This document shows positions 36,932 to 46,314 of a stretch of 64,000 nt of DNA, in pieces. The translations under genes and the position numbers were made by a program. The first letter of the stretch is position 1, and the number at the start of each line of letters is the position of its first letter. The DNA comes from a virus (Duplodnaviria; Caudoviricetes). Below the pieces are notes generated by a model, which was given only the letters and a program-made list of their open reading frames with translations, did no database searches and was not told the origin of the DNA. The DNA lies in IMG/VR virus record IMGVR_UViG_3300043344_000002, positions 1 to 64,000 of that record; one strand, given 5' to 3'.

Positions 36932-37669
36932 CTAGCGGTCGAGCAGGAAGCCGAAGAGCGCGTCGCCGACGAACACGTCATCCACAACGATGACGTTGGC
37001 TTCCTCACGAGCGAGCTTGACGGCATCGATCAGCTCGTTGATTCGACCGACCAGCGTGTGCTGCTGCGCCGTCGTGAACGCACCCGAGAAGTGCGTGGTC
37101 GCCCACGTACCAACGATCTGGTCACGAGTACGGTCACGCGTCTGCGCCGCGTGCTTCTCAGTCGCCGGCACGACGATGACCGTCTCTTCGAGCTTCTCGG
37201 AACGAGTCGTCTCGGTCGGCCGAGTCCGACTGATGCCCGTCACCTCGTCAGTCGTCCACTCCTTTGCACTGTCCAAAGTGGGGCACGCCGTCACGAAGGT
37301 ACGCACGTCGATGAGCTGCTTCTCGAGGAAGAGGAGCGTGCTGGTCGGCACATCCTCGAGAAGAACCTGTCCACGCACCTTGATATCAGCACGAGCGATC
37401 TGGTTGCCCACGTCGCGCGTCGCCGTGATGTCCCAGTAGGACGTCATGTCCGTAGCGATGGCCTGCAGTAGCGACGTAGCGACCAACTGGACCTGCTGAG
37501 CTTCGGCCGGAAGAGGGGTTCCGTCCTCGGCCTTAGGCGTGTACTCACGGGCAAGACCCGCGAAGAGAGTCGGCTTCTGCACGTTCTTGTACGCGGCACT
37601 GACGATTGCGCCGGTACGAGCCTTGATCGTTCGCTGCAGCATGACGATGGAGATGAGACGCTTTCCCAT
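36932..37669 (-). CDS. conserved hypothetical helical protein (recalled as DUF7873-like; unverified)
   Basis: F.G..R.Y.P..EDG..LP.E, LLFLEKQL, PAT.KH.AQ, VG.W....FSGA and AVK.ARE.AN motifs. Confidence 0.65.
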   Translation of the reverse strand: MGKRLISIVMLQRTIKARTGAIVSAAYKNVQKPTLFAGLAREYTPKAEDGTPLPAEAQQVQLVATSLLQAIATDMTSYWDITATRDVGNQIARADIKVRGQVLLEDVPTSTLLFLEKQLIDVRTFVTACPTLDSAKEWTTDEVTGISRTRPTETTRSEKLEETVIVVPATEKHAAQTRDRTRDQIVGTWATTHFSGAFTTAQQHTLVGRINELIDAVKLAREEANVIVVDDVFVGDALFGFLLDR

Positions 37670-37715
37670 GATTCCTTACCTATGATTGAAGTCGAGATTG
37701 AGGTTGAGTGGTGGA

Positions 37716-38657
37716 CTAGACGCGCTTACGACGGTTGACGTAGAGCAGGATGAACGAGAGCGCGCCCAAGATGAGCATCACCAAACCAACTGCGGCGTAC
37801 TCCTTGATGCCCGCTGCCCCGGTGTACGCGAGATCGTTGGAGTTGTTACCGACCGGCACTACAGCAGGCCTGGTAGTGGACGTAGAACTCTCTGTCGACG
37901 TCTCTGGGGTAGTACTGGTAGTTGTCGATGAGTCGGTTGTCGTGCTGGTGTCCGAGGAGGTGCTAGCGGTCGTCGAGCTGGGGCTGGTACCCGTCGTCGA
38001 TGAGTCGGTCGTAGTCGTAGTCGTGTACGAGGTCGTCGTTGTCGTCTGCGCCGCGCACTTTCCGAACACCCACCTGGTTCCCTGGAAGGTCAAGCTCTTC
38101 AAGAATCCCTTGCCCGTCACTCCCGAACCCAACGAGAACCCAACGTGAGACACCGTTGCACTTGGGTACATCGACGTGTACTCGGCCAATGTATACCCAG
38201 CGCCTTGACCCGTGTTCGGAAGAAGTGGCCACGAAAGCGGCCGTGTTGCCCACCACTTGCCTCCGCCTTCGTAGACGAGATGCCCAGCCCACAGGGACGT
38301 ACCGTCCGGATGAACACGCAGCTGGTAGCCCGGAGCCGGACCCGACTCAGCCGAGTAGCTCATCACGGTGTCGGACTGATTCACTGATGACAACTTTACG
38401 CCCATGATGCCGACGTAACCCGAGGTCTTGCCGCCTGAGCGAGCACCGATGAGGTCGAGAGTGAGACCGGACTCAGCGAAGTCCGTATCTCGCACCGGTG
38501 TCCCAAATGCGTTCGAGTCGGAGTAGTCCCAGGTTGACGCGATCGAGCTCTCGCACACGATCGAGTCGGTGACTTGCGCGTCGGCGGTTCCGGTGAAAAG
38601 AACGATGGGTACTAGTGAGAGCGTGCCGATGATGCCGGCTGCGATGAACTTACGCAT
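37716..38657 (-). CDS. secreted protein with Ser/Thr stalk and LAYTG sortase anchor
   Basis: Signal peptide MRKFIAAG...ADA; T/S-rich linker; LAYTG, TM segment and RRKRV tail. Confidence 0.8.
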   Translation of the reverse strand: MRKFIAAGIIGTLSLVPIVLFTGTADAQVTDSIVCESSIASTWDYSDSNAFGTPVRDTDFAESGLTLDLIGARSGGKTSGYVGIMGVKLSSVNQSDTVMSYSAESGPAPGYQLRVHPDGTSLWAGHLVYEGGGKWWATRPLSWPLLPNTGQGAGYTLAEYTSMYPSATVSHVGFSLGSGVTGKGFLKSLTFQGTRWVFGKCAAQTTTTTSYTTTTTTDSSTTGTSPSSTTASTSSDTSTTTDSSTTTSTTPETSTESSTSTTRPAVVPVGNNSNDLAYTGAAGIKEYAAVGLVMLILGALSFILLYVNRRKRV

Positions 38658-38674
38658 TGCTTGGTGCTGCCCTT

Positions 38675-39046
38675 CTAGTCGGGGAACTTCATGGCGGCGA
38701 TGGTGTCCTGCCACTCACGCTCGAGTTGCGTCAAGTTCGTCATGAGACGTTCTGGCTTGGCTTTGGGTTCGACGATGACTTCGAACCCGTAGTGCGCTTC
38801 GCGCTTAAAGACGTCAGAGGGTAGAGATGTCGTGATGTTCCGGCGCAACTTCTGGAAGACATCGAGAGGCATGATGTCGAGTGTGACGAGAGCTTCAGCG
38901 TACGTCTCCCCCGTTGCCTGCGCGGCGATGCAGCTGACGCAACTCGTCATGTTGATGTGCGCTGGGTTAACTCGAGGGAGCCACGCGTCACGTCCGAGCT
39001 TTTCGTCAAACAGCGTGAGTCCGTTCCGAATCTCTGCCTCGTACAC
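38675..39046 (-). CDS. hypothetical protein
   Basis: RBS GAGGAGAG; G..L.DE, C..C..AQ..G..Y motifs. Confidence 0.55.
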   Translation of the reverse strand: MYEAEIRNGLTLFDEKLGRDAWLPRVNPAHINMTSCVSCIAAQATGETYAEALVTLDIMPLDVFQKLRRNITTSLPSDVFKREAHYGFEVIVEPKAKPERLMTNLTQLEREWQDTIAAMKFPD

Positions 39047-39091
39047 TGTAGCTCTCCTCGAGTTCCGCGGGTTAGAAATCAGGTATCGGGA

Positions 39092-39295
39092 TTAGTTGGG
39101 CGATGTCACCAAGTTTACCAGGATGATACCGCCCAGCGAGAGGAGGAATACGATAAGTGGAATGATCACCGACTTTACGCTCTTCAGTGTACTCAGCGCC
39201 GCCACCGAGAGGAGAGCCGACGCGACCGCGAAGAGTGTGAGAATGACAAAGATCACCCAGAGGGATACTTGATTGAGCGCGGGCATCCTAGTCAC
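39092..39295 (-). CDS. small two-TM membrane protein
   Basis: Two hydrophobic segments. Confidence 0.5.
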   Translation of the reverse strand: MTRMPALNQVSLWVIFVILTLFAVASALLSVAALSTLKSVKSVIIPLIVFLLSLGGIILVNLVTSPN

Positions 39296-40499
39296 CCTTC
39301 ACGTTGAGAATCTGATGAAGCGTGTGCTTGATGGTGACGAGGTCAGTGGAATCGGCCATCACGACATCGATGTCCTTGTACGCGCCGGGGATCTCGTCCA
39401 CGAATGCTGCCGAATCACGGTACTCGATGCCCTTCATCGCTTCACGAAGGTCATCATGCGTGAACGTCTCACGTGCCTTCTTACGCGAAAAGTTACGCCC
39501 GGCACCGTGAGGCGAAGAGTTGAGAGCCACGTGATTGCCCTTGCCCTCAACCACGTATGACGCCGTCCCCATTGAGCCGGGGATGAGACCCATTGTCCCA
39601 CTGGACGCGTCGATCGCGCCCTTGCGAGACAGCCACACCTGCTTACCGAAGTGCTTTTCGGACGTGGTGTAGTTGTGATGGCAGTTCACCGTCTCCTGCT
39701 GCTCGATGGGTTCGCCACTCCACTCTTCGACGCACAGCATGAGACGATCCATCATCTCCTCACGGTTCATCCACGCGAACTCCTGGGCCCACCGCATCTC
39801 GCGGATGTAGCACCAGAACTCAGGATCTCCTTCAACGAGGTATGCCAGGTCTGGGTTCGGGAGGTTGATCCAGCGCTTCTCGCACTGCTGCGCCGCGATC
39901 TTGATGTGTCGCTGCGCAATGCGGTTGCCGACACCACGTGAACCCGAGTGAAGGAAGAGCCAGACACGATCTTCTTCGTCGATGGTGATCTCGATGAAGT
40001 GGTTGCCGCCGCCCAAGGTGCCAAGCTGAAGCGCCCAGTTGGGAGAGTAGTCACTGGGGGAGAATTCAGCGGACTCGAGGGCCTTCTTCGTGAGAATGTC
40101 AACACGAATCTTGGCGGTGTTCGTGAGTTCCGTGTTGTACTTACCAGCCGACGTCGGGATGGCTGCCTCGATCGACTCGCGAAGTGCCGTGAGAGACTTT
40201 TTGGACTGCGTGAAGTCGTGCTTGGTGAACTGCGTGCGGACTGCGATCATTCCGCATCCGATGTCCACGCCCACCGCAGCGGGCATGATGGCACCAAGAG
40301 TTGGGATCACGGAGCCGACGGTGCTGCCCTTGCCGAGATGTGCGTCGGCCATGAGCGCGATGTGCGGATGGATGAAGGGCATCGTTGAGGTCTGCTCGGC
40401 CTGCCGACGCGTCTGCTCCTCGAGAATCGACGCGTAGCTGATAAGACGGTTGTTGATGTGCTCCACTAAACTGCCTTCCGAGAATCTAATGTTGGACAT
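39288..40499 (-). CDS. rtcB: RtcB RNA ligase
   Basis: M.DAH.G.G, VGVDIGCGM, QLGTLGGGNHFIE, HSGSRG, CHHNY, RKGA, PGSMG, HGAGR and DE.P.AYKDI motifs. Confidence 0.96.
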   Translation of the reverse strand: MSNIRFSEGSLVEHINNRLISYASILEEQTRRQAEQTSTMPFIHPHIALMADAHLGKGSTVGSVIPTLGAIMPAAVGVDIGCGMIAVRTQFTKHDFTQSKKSLTALRESIEAAIPTSAGKYNTELTNTAKIRVDILTKKALESAEFSPSDYSPNWALQLGTLGGGNHFIEITIDEEDRVWLFLHSGSRGVGNRIAQRHIKIAAQQCEKRWINLPNPDLAYLVEGDPEFWCYIREMRWAQEFAWMNREEMMDRLMLCVEEWSGEPIEQQETVNCHHNYTTSEKHFGKQVWLSRKGAIDASSGTMGLIPGSMGTASYVVEGKGNHVALNSSPHGAGRNFSRKKARETFTHDDLREAMKGIEYRDSAAFVDEIPGAYKDIDVVMADSTDLVTIKHTLHQILNVKGD

Positions 40500-40506
40500 T
40501 AAGTAA

Positions 40507-41007
40507 TTAGGATACTGGCCACGCGTAGAAGAGACTTTTATCGCACATGGTGCCTACGATGGTCAGTGCACTTCGCCTACACTTACATCGTGGAAACGTG
40601 CAACCGTCTGAGGTATGATGCGACCACGAGTGCGTGCACCAGTCTTGATTCTCACCTATTACAAGACTTGCGATTTGTCGAAGTCTTTGCTCAACCTCAC
40701 TTCGTCGTCCGGGAGTAAACGCAATGGGAAGTGGTTTTGAGTTTACGATCTCACATGCCTTCGTGTACGCGTCTTCCCACGTCTGGAACGCCCAGAGATC
40801 CCACTTGTCGTTATTCTGATCGGACACGACCCAGGGAAACACGATGCCGCTGATCACGGTGGATCCACGAAGCCAGCCTGGGTAGCCTACACCGCTAAGT
40901 GGACGAAGTTTTCGTACGTAAGGGCGAATCGGCATAACGAACCCGTTGAGCTTACGAAGCTGCTCGATGGTGATCAGATGTTCACCCGGTGGAAGCTTCT
41001 CATTCAT
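40507..41007 (-). CDS. hypothetical protein
   Basis: ORF coupled in the operon. Confidence 0.5.
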   Translation of the reverse strand: MNEKLPPGEHLITIEQLRKLNGFVMPIRPYVRKLRPLSGVGYPGWLRGSTVISGIVFPWVVSDQNNDKWDLWAFQTWEDAYTKACEIVNSKPLPIAFTPGRRSEVEQRLRQIASLVIGENQDWCTHSWSHHTSDGCTFPRCKCRRSALTIVGTMCDKSLFYAWPVS

Positions 41008-41255
41008 CGTCTTACCTGCTCATCAACCCACTTGATCGCGTTCGCGTGCGTGCTGAACCGCAGTGCACGACGTGCATCACGTGATGAAAAGACGAACCAA
41101 GGTAGCCTGTTATTGAACGGGTGATCATCGGGAGTGTCACCCGGGCGAATTCGCCGGATGTACGCGTACCCGTTGAACTCACGCATGATTCTCTGAAATG
41201 CGTGTCGTCGAGCGTTCACGCGCTCGATGTAGTCGTCAAGACGCTCTTCGTTCAT
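41004..41255 (-). CDS. hypothetical protein
   Basis: 4-bp overlaps on both sides. Confidence 0.5.
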   Translation of the reverse strand: MNEERLDDYIERVNARRHAFQRIMREFNGYAYIRRIRPGDTPDDHPFNNRLPWFVFSSRDARRALRFSTHANAIKWVDEQVRR

Positions 41256-41764
41256 GCCGTCGCTCGCTGGGTGTAAGCGCGCTCGAGGTCAGTGTCGAAC
41301 CCGGCCGCCTGTGCGAGCGCACGAGCCGCCGGACGAGTGAGAAATGGCGGCTGTGGAGCACCGGCTGGGCTGCTCTTGCGCACAGTGAACGCCTCGATGA
41401 CCTCATGCGCTGAGCGAACGGCCTCGTATCGGTAGTGCACCACTTCATCGGGCACGATCGAGACACCGGAGTGGTGAAGTAGGTAGTTGGACCCGACGAG
41501 TTCGCCCTCCTCCGCAGCGAGTTCCACGAGACGGAAGATGCGAGTCTCGAACCAGCGGCACGCGTTGCAGTGGTGCTTGGGTAGTGCAAACTTAGCACCA
41601 CTGACATGGTTCTGGTGTCGGTCACGCTGCGATGAGCCAACACCGATGAAGCGCGCACTGACGACGATGGGTTCGCTCCGGCTCACTGGCAGTGTCCAGA
41701 TGGACCGGTGACCGACGTTGGACGGTCGTGGAAGTTTACTGTGATTAATGATCACGCTTGACAT
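41252..41764 (-). CDS. hypothetical protein (C..CRW motif)
   Basis: RBS AGGAGAGG before ATG 41764. Confidence 0.6.
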   Translation of the reverse strand: MSSVIINHSKLPRPSNVGHRSIWTLPVSRSEPIVVSARFIGVGSSQRDRHQNHVSGAKFALPKHHCNACRWFETRIFRLVELAAEEGELVGSNYLLHHSGVSIVPDEVVHYRYEAVRSAHEVIEAFTVRKSSPAGAPQPPFLTRPAARALAQAAGFDTDLERAYTQRATA

Positions 41765-41932
41765 CGTGTCGTCCTCTCCTGTAGTTCCTGTAGACCTAAC
41801 GACTGGTCCCACGTCCTTCGGGCGGTGTCGTGGGACCAGTCGTGACCAACCTGGGGGGAGCACGGTCGGGGACGTGCGGGGTTGGTCGATGTCAACTGTA
41901 CTCAGCGGGTGTCTGACCGTGAGATGTTGGGT

Positions 41933-42289
41933 TTACTTGCAGAAATACTTGGCCGCTGAGTTGTACATGACACGTGCCTGCGACTCGGTCCAGCTGTCTT
42001 TGAGTTCGGTAATGATGTCGCTCTCGGAGACACCAGCGTCACGCTTCTGACACGTCATCTTCCCAATCGTGATGACGGTGCTCTCCTTTACCGCGGTGTC
42101 AAGATCAGATTCCATGAGAGGTCCGATGTCCGACAGGAAGGCTTTCTCCTTGACGGTGTAAGAGTCGTGGTCGTTTTGCTGTGGCGAACACGACGTGATC
42201 GACATGACAATGCCGAAGAACGTCAGTAGAAGGATCAAGGTAATCGCGGCCTGGATCGTTTGGCGACGGGTGCTGTCATCCATACTCAT
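41933..42289 (-). CDS. DUF732-like membrane/lipoprotein
   Basis: N-terminal TM segment; E.AFL, G...C...D.G and A..YFC motifs. Confidence 0.6.
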   Translation of the reverse strand: MSMDDSTRRQTIQAAITLILLLTFFGIVMSITSCSPQQNDHDSYTVKEKAFLSDIGPLMESDLDTAVKESTVITIGKMTCQKRDAGVSESDIITELKDSWTESQARVMYNSAAKYFCK

Positions 42290-42547
42290 GTGTTGCTCTC
42301 CTAAGTCCTAAGTGTACTCTCTGATCAAGACGGAGGGCGGCGAGGTTGTAGATTAGAGGTCTACTCTCGAGTAAAACTGCCCGACGTGGGAAGTGCCGAG
42401 AGCGTCATCAATGCACAAGTCCAGTGGCGACTGGATGACACAAAGACACGCTCTCGGCACTCGGTACGAAGGCATGACACCCCCTCTGAAAGGTGAGATA
42501 CCCGTGGCAGATTGTATCGTGCGCACGCTTCACGGCGAGGGTCCAGA

Positions 42548-44917
42548 GTGACGGGGCCGTACGGGCAGGCCGCGCGGCTCTACTGGGATGCTGGCTGGCC
42601 GTCACCATTTCCGATCGTGGGTAAGTTCCCACCACCTTCCGGCTGGACCGGATATGATGGTGCGTGGCCAGATGAGACGCAAATCGATGAGTGGGAGCGC
42701 AGCCAGCACGCGCGCAACATCGCGCTACGTATGCCTGATGGTGTCATCGGTATCGACATCGACGCCTATGACGGACGCAACGGTCTTGAAAAGATCGAGT
42801 GGTATGAACTCAATCTTGACGAACCACTACCTCCCACCTGGACATCGACGTCACGTACCGATGGTAGCGGCTCAGGTATCAAGTTCTATCGTGTACCCGA
42901 AGGTCTTAACTGGAAGTCAAAACTTGAGAAAGACGCCAATGTCGAAATTGTACGTACGGGACATCGGTATGCAATGGTGTGGCCGTCCGTGCATCCTGAT
43001 ACGAATCAGGTGTATCACTGGAAAACACCAGATGGTGAAGTAACCACTGAGATTCCCGTCATTGGTGAATTCACAATGCTGGGGCCTAAGTGGATAGAAG
43101 TACTGCAAACCACCGCGCCTACTCCTGGGACTGAGTCTGGTGCTGATGGCACTAATCACGCAACTGATGACGAAGAAGTAAGTCATAACGGTGATGTCAT
43201 TGATGTCGACTCGATCTACTCAGAAGGCTTGCCGATAGGCGATCAGCAAAACCAGCTCTTTGCTTACTTCTGCTCAATGCGAGCGCGTCGCTGGCGTCGT
43301 GTTGAGATGATTAACGCGGGTATGTTCGTTCTCCAGCGAATGGAAAACGACCCGAATAAAGCACCATGGACACCCGAGGGCATCGTCGACATCGTCGATC
43401 ATGTTCGGCGGTTGTACCCGGCTGGCATGAGCTCGGGAATGCAAGGCCTAGGCCCGGGAGCACTTGCGTACGCTCAGCGACTCGCTGGCGGGCAAGGCGT
43501 CACTGAGATCAATGAGCTACCGCCACGTGAAGCACTCGCAACTGACATGGGCAATTCCATGCGGATGGTGCAACTCCTTGGTGATCGCATCAGGTACGCG
43601 GTGCGCGAGGATCAGTGGTACGTCTGGGATGATGTTCGTTGGTGTCCTGATGATACAAACCGTGTTATGGAGCTTACGAAGAATGTTGTCGATGCAATTC
43701 GTGGAGACGCGATCATTGCCGAAGGAGATGAGCGTACTCGTTGGCTCAACTGGGCACGAGACTCGGAAAGTCTGGCACGTCGTAAAGCAATGATCGCGGG
43801 CGCAGAGTCCGAGCCTAGCTTGGTTATCAACACGACTAATATGGATAGCAACCCAAACATCCTAGTGGTGCGCAACGGCACATTGGACCTGCTCACTGGT
43901 CAATTGCGCGAGTCCAGGAGGGAAGAGTTGTGTAGTCACCTAGCCGAGGTGGACTACGTCGAAGACGCACCATTCGAGCGTTGGCTGTCTCACGTTCACT
44001 TCGTTTGCAATGGTGATCCCATTCTCATGGCGTACCTACAGCGTGCTGCCGGGTATTCGCTCACCGGTAACGTAGGTGCACGAAGCTTCTTCTTCATGGA
44101 GGGCACCGGGTCGAATGGTAAGAACGCATTCGTTGAGCCACTCATGATGGTGATGGGAAGCTACGCCAAGACTGCCACCACCGCGCTGCTGACCGGTGGA
44201 GACGAGCAGCACCCGACGATTCTCGCGGACTTGCAAGGAGCACGTCTGGTCTTCATCGATGAGACACGGCAGGGTAAGGCGCTTAACGTCGAGCGGCTCA
44301 AAGCATTGACGGGAAGTAAGCGCGTCAAGGCCCGGAAGATGAACAAAAACTTCTACGAGTTTGATGCGCAGTTCAAGCTGTGGATCGCGGGGAATGGACA
44401 GCCTACGATTCGGGATCCCAGTGATGGTGTTTGGAACCGAATGCACCGGGTGGTCTGTCACGGAAAGATCGCGCCCGGTAAGGCGATTGCTGGCTATGGA
44501 GACTTGTTGTACAAGGAGGAGGCATCGGGCATCCTACGTTGGGCTTTGGAGGGATTGCAAGGTTATCGAGAACTTGGCGGACTGGGCATTCCGGACAGCA
44601 TCAAGCAGGATGTACAGTCTTATCGTGATGAAGAGGATTACGTCGGGCAGTTCATCGAGGACGTGTTGATCAGGACTGGAAATAGTGGAGATGCGCTCTT
44701 TAATAAAGATCTTTATGCTGCGTACGAACGCTGGGCTGTGGAACACGGTTTGCGTGGTGTCGATAAGCTGAATGCTGCTGTTTTGGGTAAGGCGCTTGTT
44801 GGTCATGGCATTGAGCGTCCGAATGGCCCAATCTCCATCAATAAAGAGAAGGGTCGTGGTTATCGGGGGATTAAGTTCCGTGATGGAACTACGGCATGGC
44901 TGAACAGCTTGGGCTAG
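42548..44917 (+). CDS. bifunctional primase-polymerase fused to a D5/P4-type SF3 helicase
   Basis: GIDID Prim-Pol motif; D.GN..R; G.GSNGK Walker A; G.RL..IDE. Confidence 0.9.
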   Translation: MTGPYGQAARLYWDAGWPSPFPIVGKFPPPSGWTGYDGAWPDETQIDEWERSQHARNIALRMPDGVIGIDIDAYDGRNGLEKIEWYELNLDEPLPPTWTSTSRTDGSGSGIKFYRVPEGLNWKSKLEKDANVEIVRTGHRYAMVWPSVHPDTNQVYHWKTPDGEVTTEIPVIGEFTMLGPKWIEVLQTTAPTPGTESGADGTNHATDDEEVSHNGDVIDVDSIYSEGLPIGDQQNQLFAYFCSMRARRWRRVEMINAGMFVLQRMENDPNKAPWTPEGIVDIVDHVRRLYPAGMSSGMQGLGPGALAYAQRLAGGQGVTEINELPPREALATDMGNSMRMVQLLGDRIRYAVREDQWYVWDDVRWCPDDTNRVMELTKNVVDAIRGDAIIAEGDERTRWLNWARDSESLARRKAMIAGAESEPSLVINTTNMDSNPNILVVRNGTLDLLTGQLRESRREELCSHLAEVDYVEDAPFERWLSHVHFVCNGDPILMAYLQRAAGYSLTGNVGARSFFFMEGTGSNGKNAFVEPLMMVMGSYAKTATTALLTGGDEQHPTILADLQGARLVFIDETRQGKALNVERLKALTGSKRVKARKMNKNFYEFDAQFKLWIAGNGQPTIRDPSDGVWNRMHRVVCHGKIAPGKAIAGYGDLLYKEEASGILRWALEGLQGYRELGGLGIPDSIKQDVQSYRDEEDYVGQFIEDVLIRTGNSGDALFNKDLYAAYERWAVEHGLRGVDKLNAAVLGKALVGHGIERPNGPISINKEKGRGYRGIKFRDGTTAWLNSLG

Positions 44918-44937
44918 TCAATCACTGAGTTTTCGTA

Positions 44938-45321
44938 GGTTACAGCAGCGGTTACAGCAGCGGTTACAGCAGCGGTTACAGCAGGTTTTTGGTTACAGCA
45001 AGATGTCGGGTCGGTAACAGCAGGCCGAATGTAGGTAACAGCAGGATCGACACCTGCTGTTACCTACTAAATAGGTTCTTATGAATCTCTGAAGTCGGGT
45101 TTTAGGATAATTTTTATACTTCGTTACAGCAGTTACAGCAATTACAGCAAAAATGGTAGTTGACCGTATACGCTCGGTTGAGGGGGTAAGACTAACATGA
45201 TTAGTACAAACGGACTACGCGATAGCTGCTCTACCGTCCGTATTGGTAGCTACCGGAAAATTGCTGTAACTGCTGTAACTGCTGTTACCTGGAGATCAAC
45301 TAGGACAGTCGGGTAACAGCA
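44938..45321. repeat. putative replication origin with T(T/A)ACAGCA iterons
   Basis: GGTTACAGCAG(C) x4 in tandem, about 10 more direct and inverted copies, AT-rich core near 45065-45120; directly after the primase-helicase. Confidence 0.8.
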
Positions 45322-45401
45322 AATTGTTGATCTCTAAAGAGCTGTTCAGTGGCAGTTCACGAGATAATGTCGAGATGCGATCGTATGATAAGGTTGAAGA
45401 C

Positions 45402-45650
45402 ATGAGCGAAGATTACTCACCTAAACATCCAGATGATCCACCAAGCGATGGCATCGATCGTTGTCGTTGGCTTGGGTGTTATGTCGCTGCAAATGGTGCT
45501 GGTGCTCCATTGTGTAATTTTCATAAAGATGCACCGGGAGCACAACTTATCATTGAAGCACTAGATGCTGGCGAGAGAATGTACGTCTTCGCTAAGACAG
45601 AAGACGAGATGCGTCAACTCGAGAATAAGACAAGATTGCGCAATGGCTAG
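45402..45650 (+). CDS. hypothetical protein (C...GC...C..H)
   Basis: Short ORF coupled to the next gene. Confidence 0.45.
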   Translation: MSEDYSPKHPDDPPSDGIDRCRWLGCYVAANGAGAPLCNFHKDAPGAQLIIEALDAGERMYVFAKTEDEMRQLENKTRLRNG

Positions 45651-46314
45651 GCGACGTCTTGCACGACGTCTCATGCTTAAATGCGCAAAGACTACGCGCT
45701 CGGGGCGTGAGTGCCGGCTGTCGGCAGGTGAAGACACACAGCATCTGGGGTTTGGGCCGTGTCGCATTCATGGTAAGGCGAAAGAGCATAGGGCGTGGGA
45801 AATGGCGATGGACGTAGCACGGGAACTGCACATCTCACCGTGGGAAGCACTGCTTAAGAGCGTTCGTTTGAGCGCCGGACGAGCGGAGTGGGTTGACGCG
45901 CAGCTACGTGAATCGGTGCAACGCAATGATGGTGAGATGACGAGTGGAGAAGTCGTTCACTGGTTGAAGGAAAGCCGGCTCGAGAGGACGATGCTGGCAA
46001 AGGTCGCGAAGGCAGCGATCGACGCGGGAGTCTCTGAGCGTTTGGTGAGGAACGTCGAGTTGGAGGGGCAGCTGGTGGCGGAAGTCATCGGGCGCGTGCT
46101 TGACAAGCTGGCACTGGACCCTGCGATGAGGGTGCTGGCGTTTGAGGAAGCCCACCGGCAGTTGCTAGTACTAGAGGCCCCGTCTGGTACCCCAGTAGAG
46201 GTGCAGGGCACCTGGAGTCCTCCGGGGGTAGTCGACAATGGGGAGGGTGACGGGTGGTCTCCGGGGAGGTCTGAGGGGGAGGATGACAAGGATGGCGATA
46301 GTGGGACTCATTGA
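45643..46314 (+). CDS. terminase-small-subunit-like protein
   Basis: C.K.TRSG..C...AG..T.H.G.G.C..HG; AK.AIDAGV.ER.V motif. Confidence 0.5.
   Translation: MARRRLARRLMLKCAKTTRSGRECRLSAGEDTQHLGFGPCRIHGKAKEHRAWEMAMDVARELHISPWEALLKSVRLSAGRAEWVDAQLRESVQRNDGEMTSGEVVHWLKESRLERTMLAKVAKAAIDAGVSERLVRNVELEGQLVAEVIGRVLDKLALDPAMRVLAFEEAHRQLLVLEAPSGTPVEVQGTWSPPGVVDNGEGDGWSPGRSEGEDDKDGDSGTH

Noticed and set aside
44938-45321. CRISPR array
   Set aside because: Units are 8-12 bp, in tandem or inverted, with no unique spacers; this fits iterons
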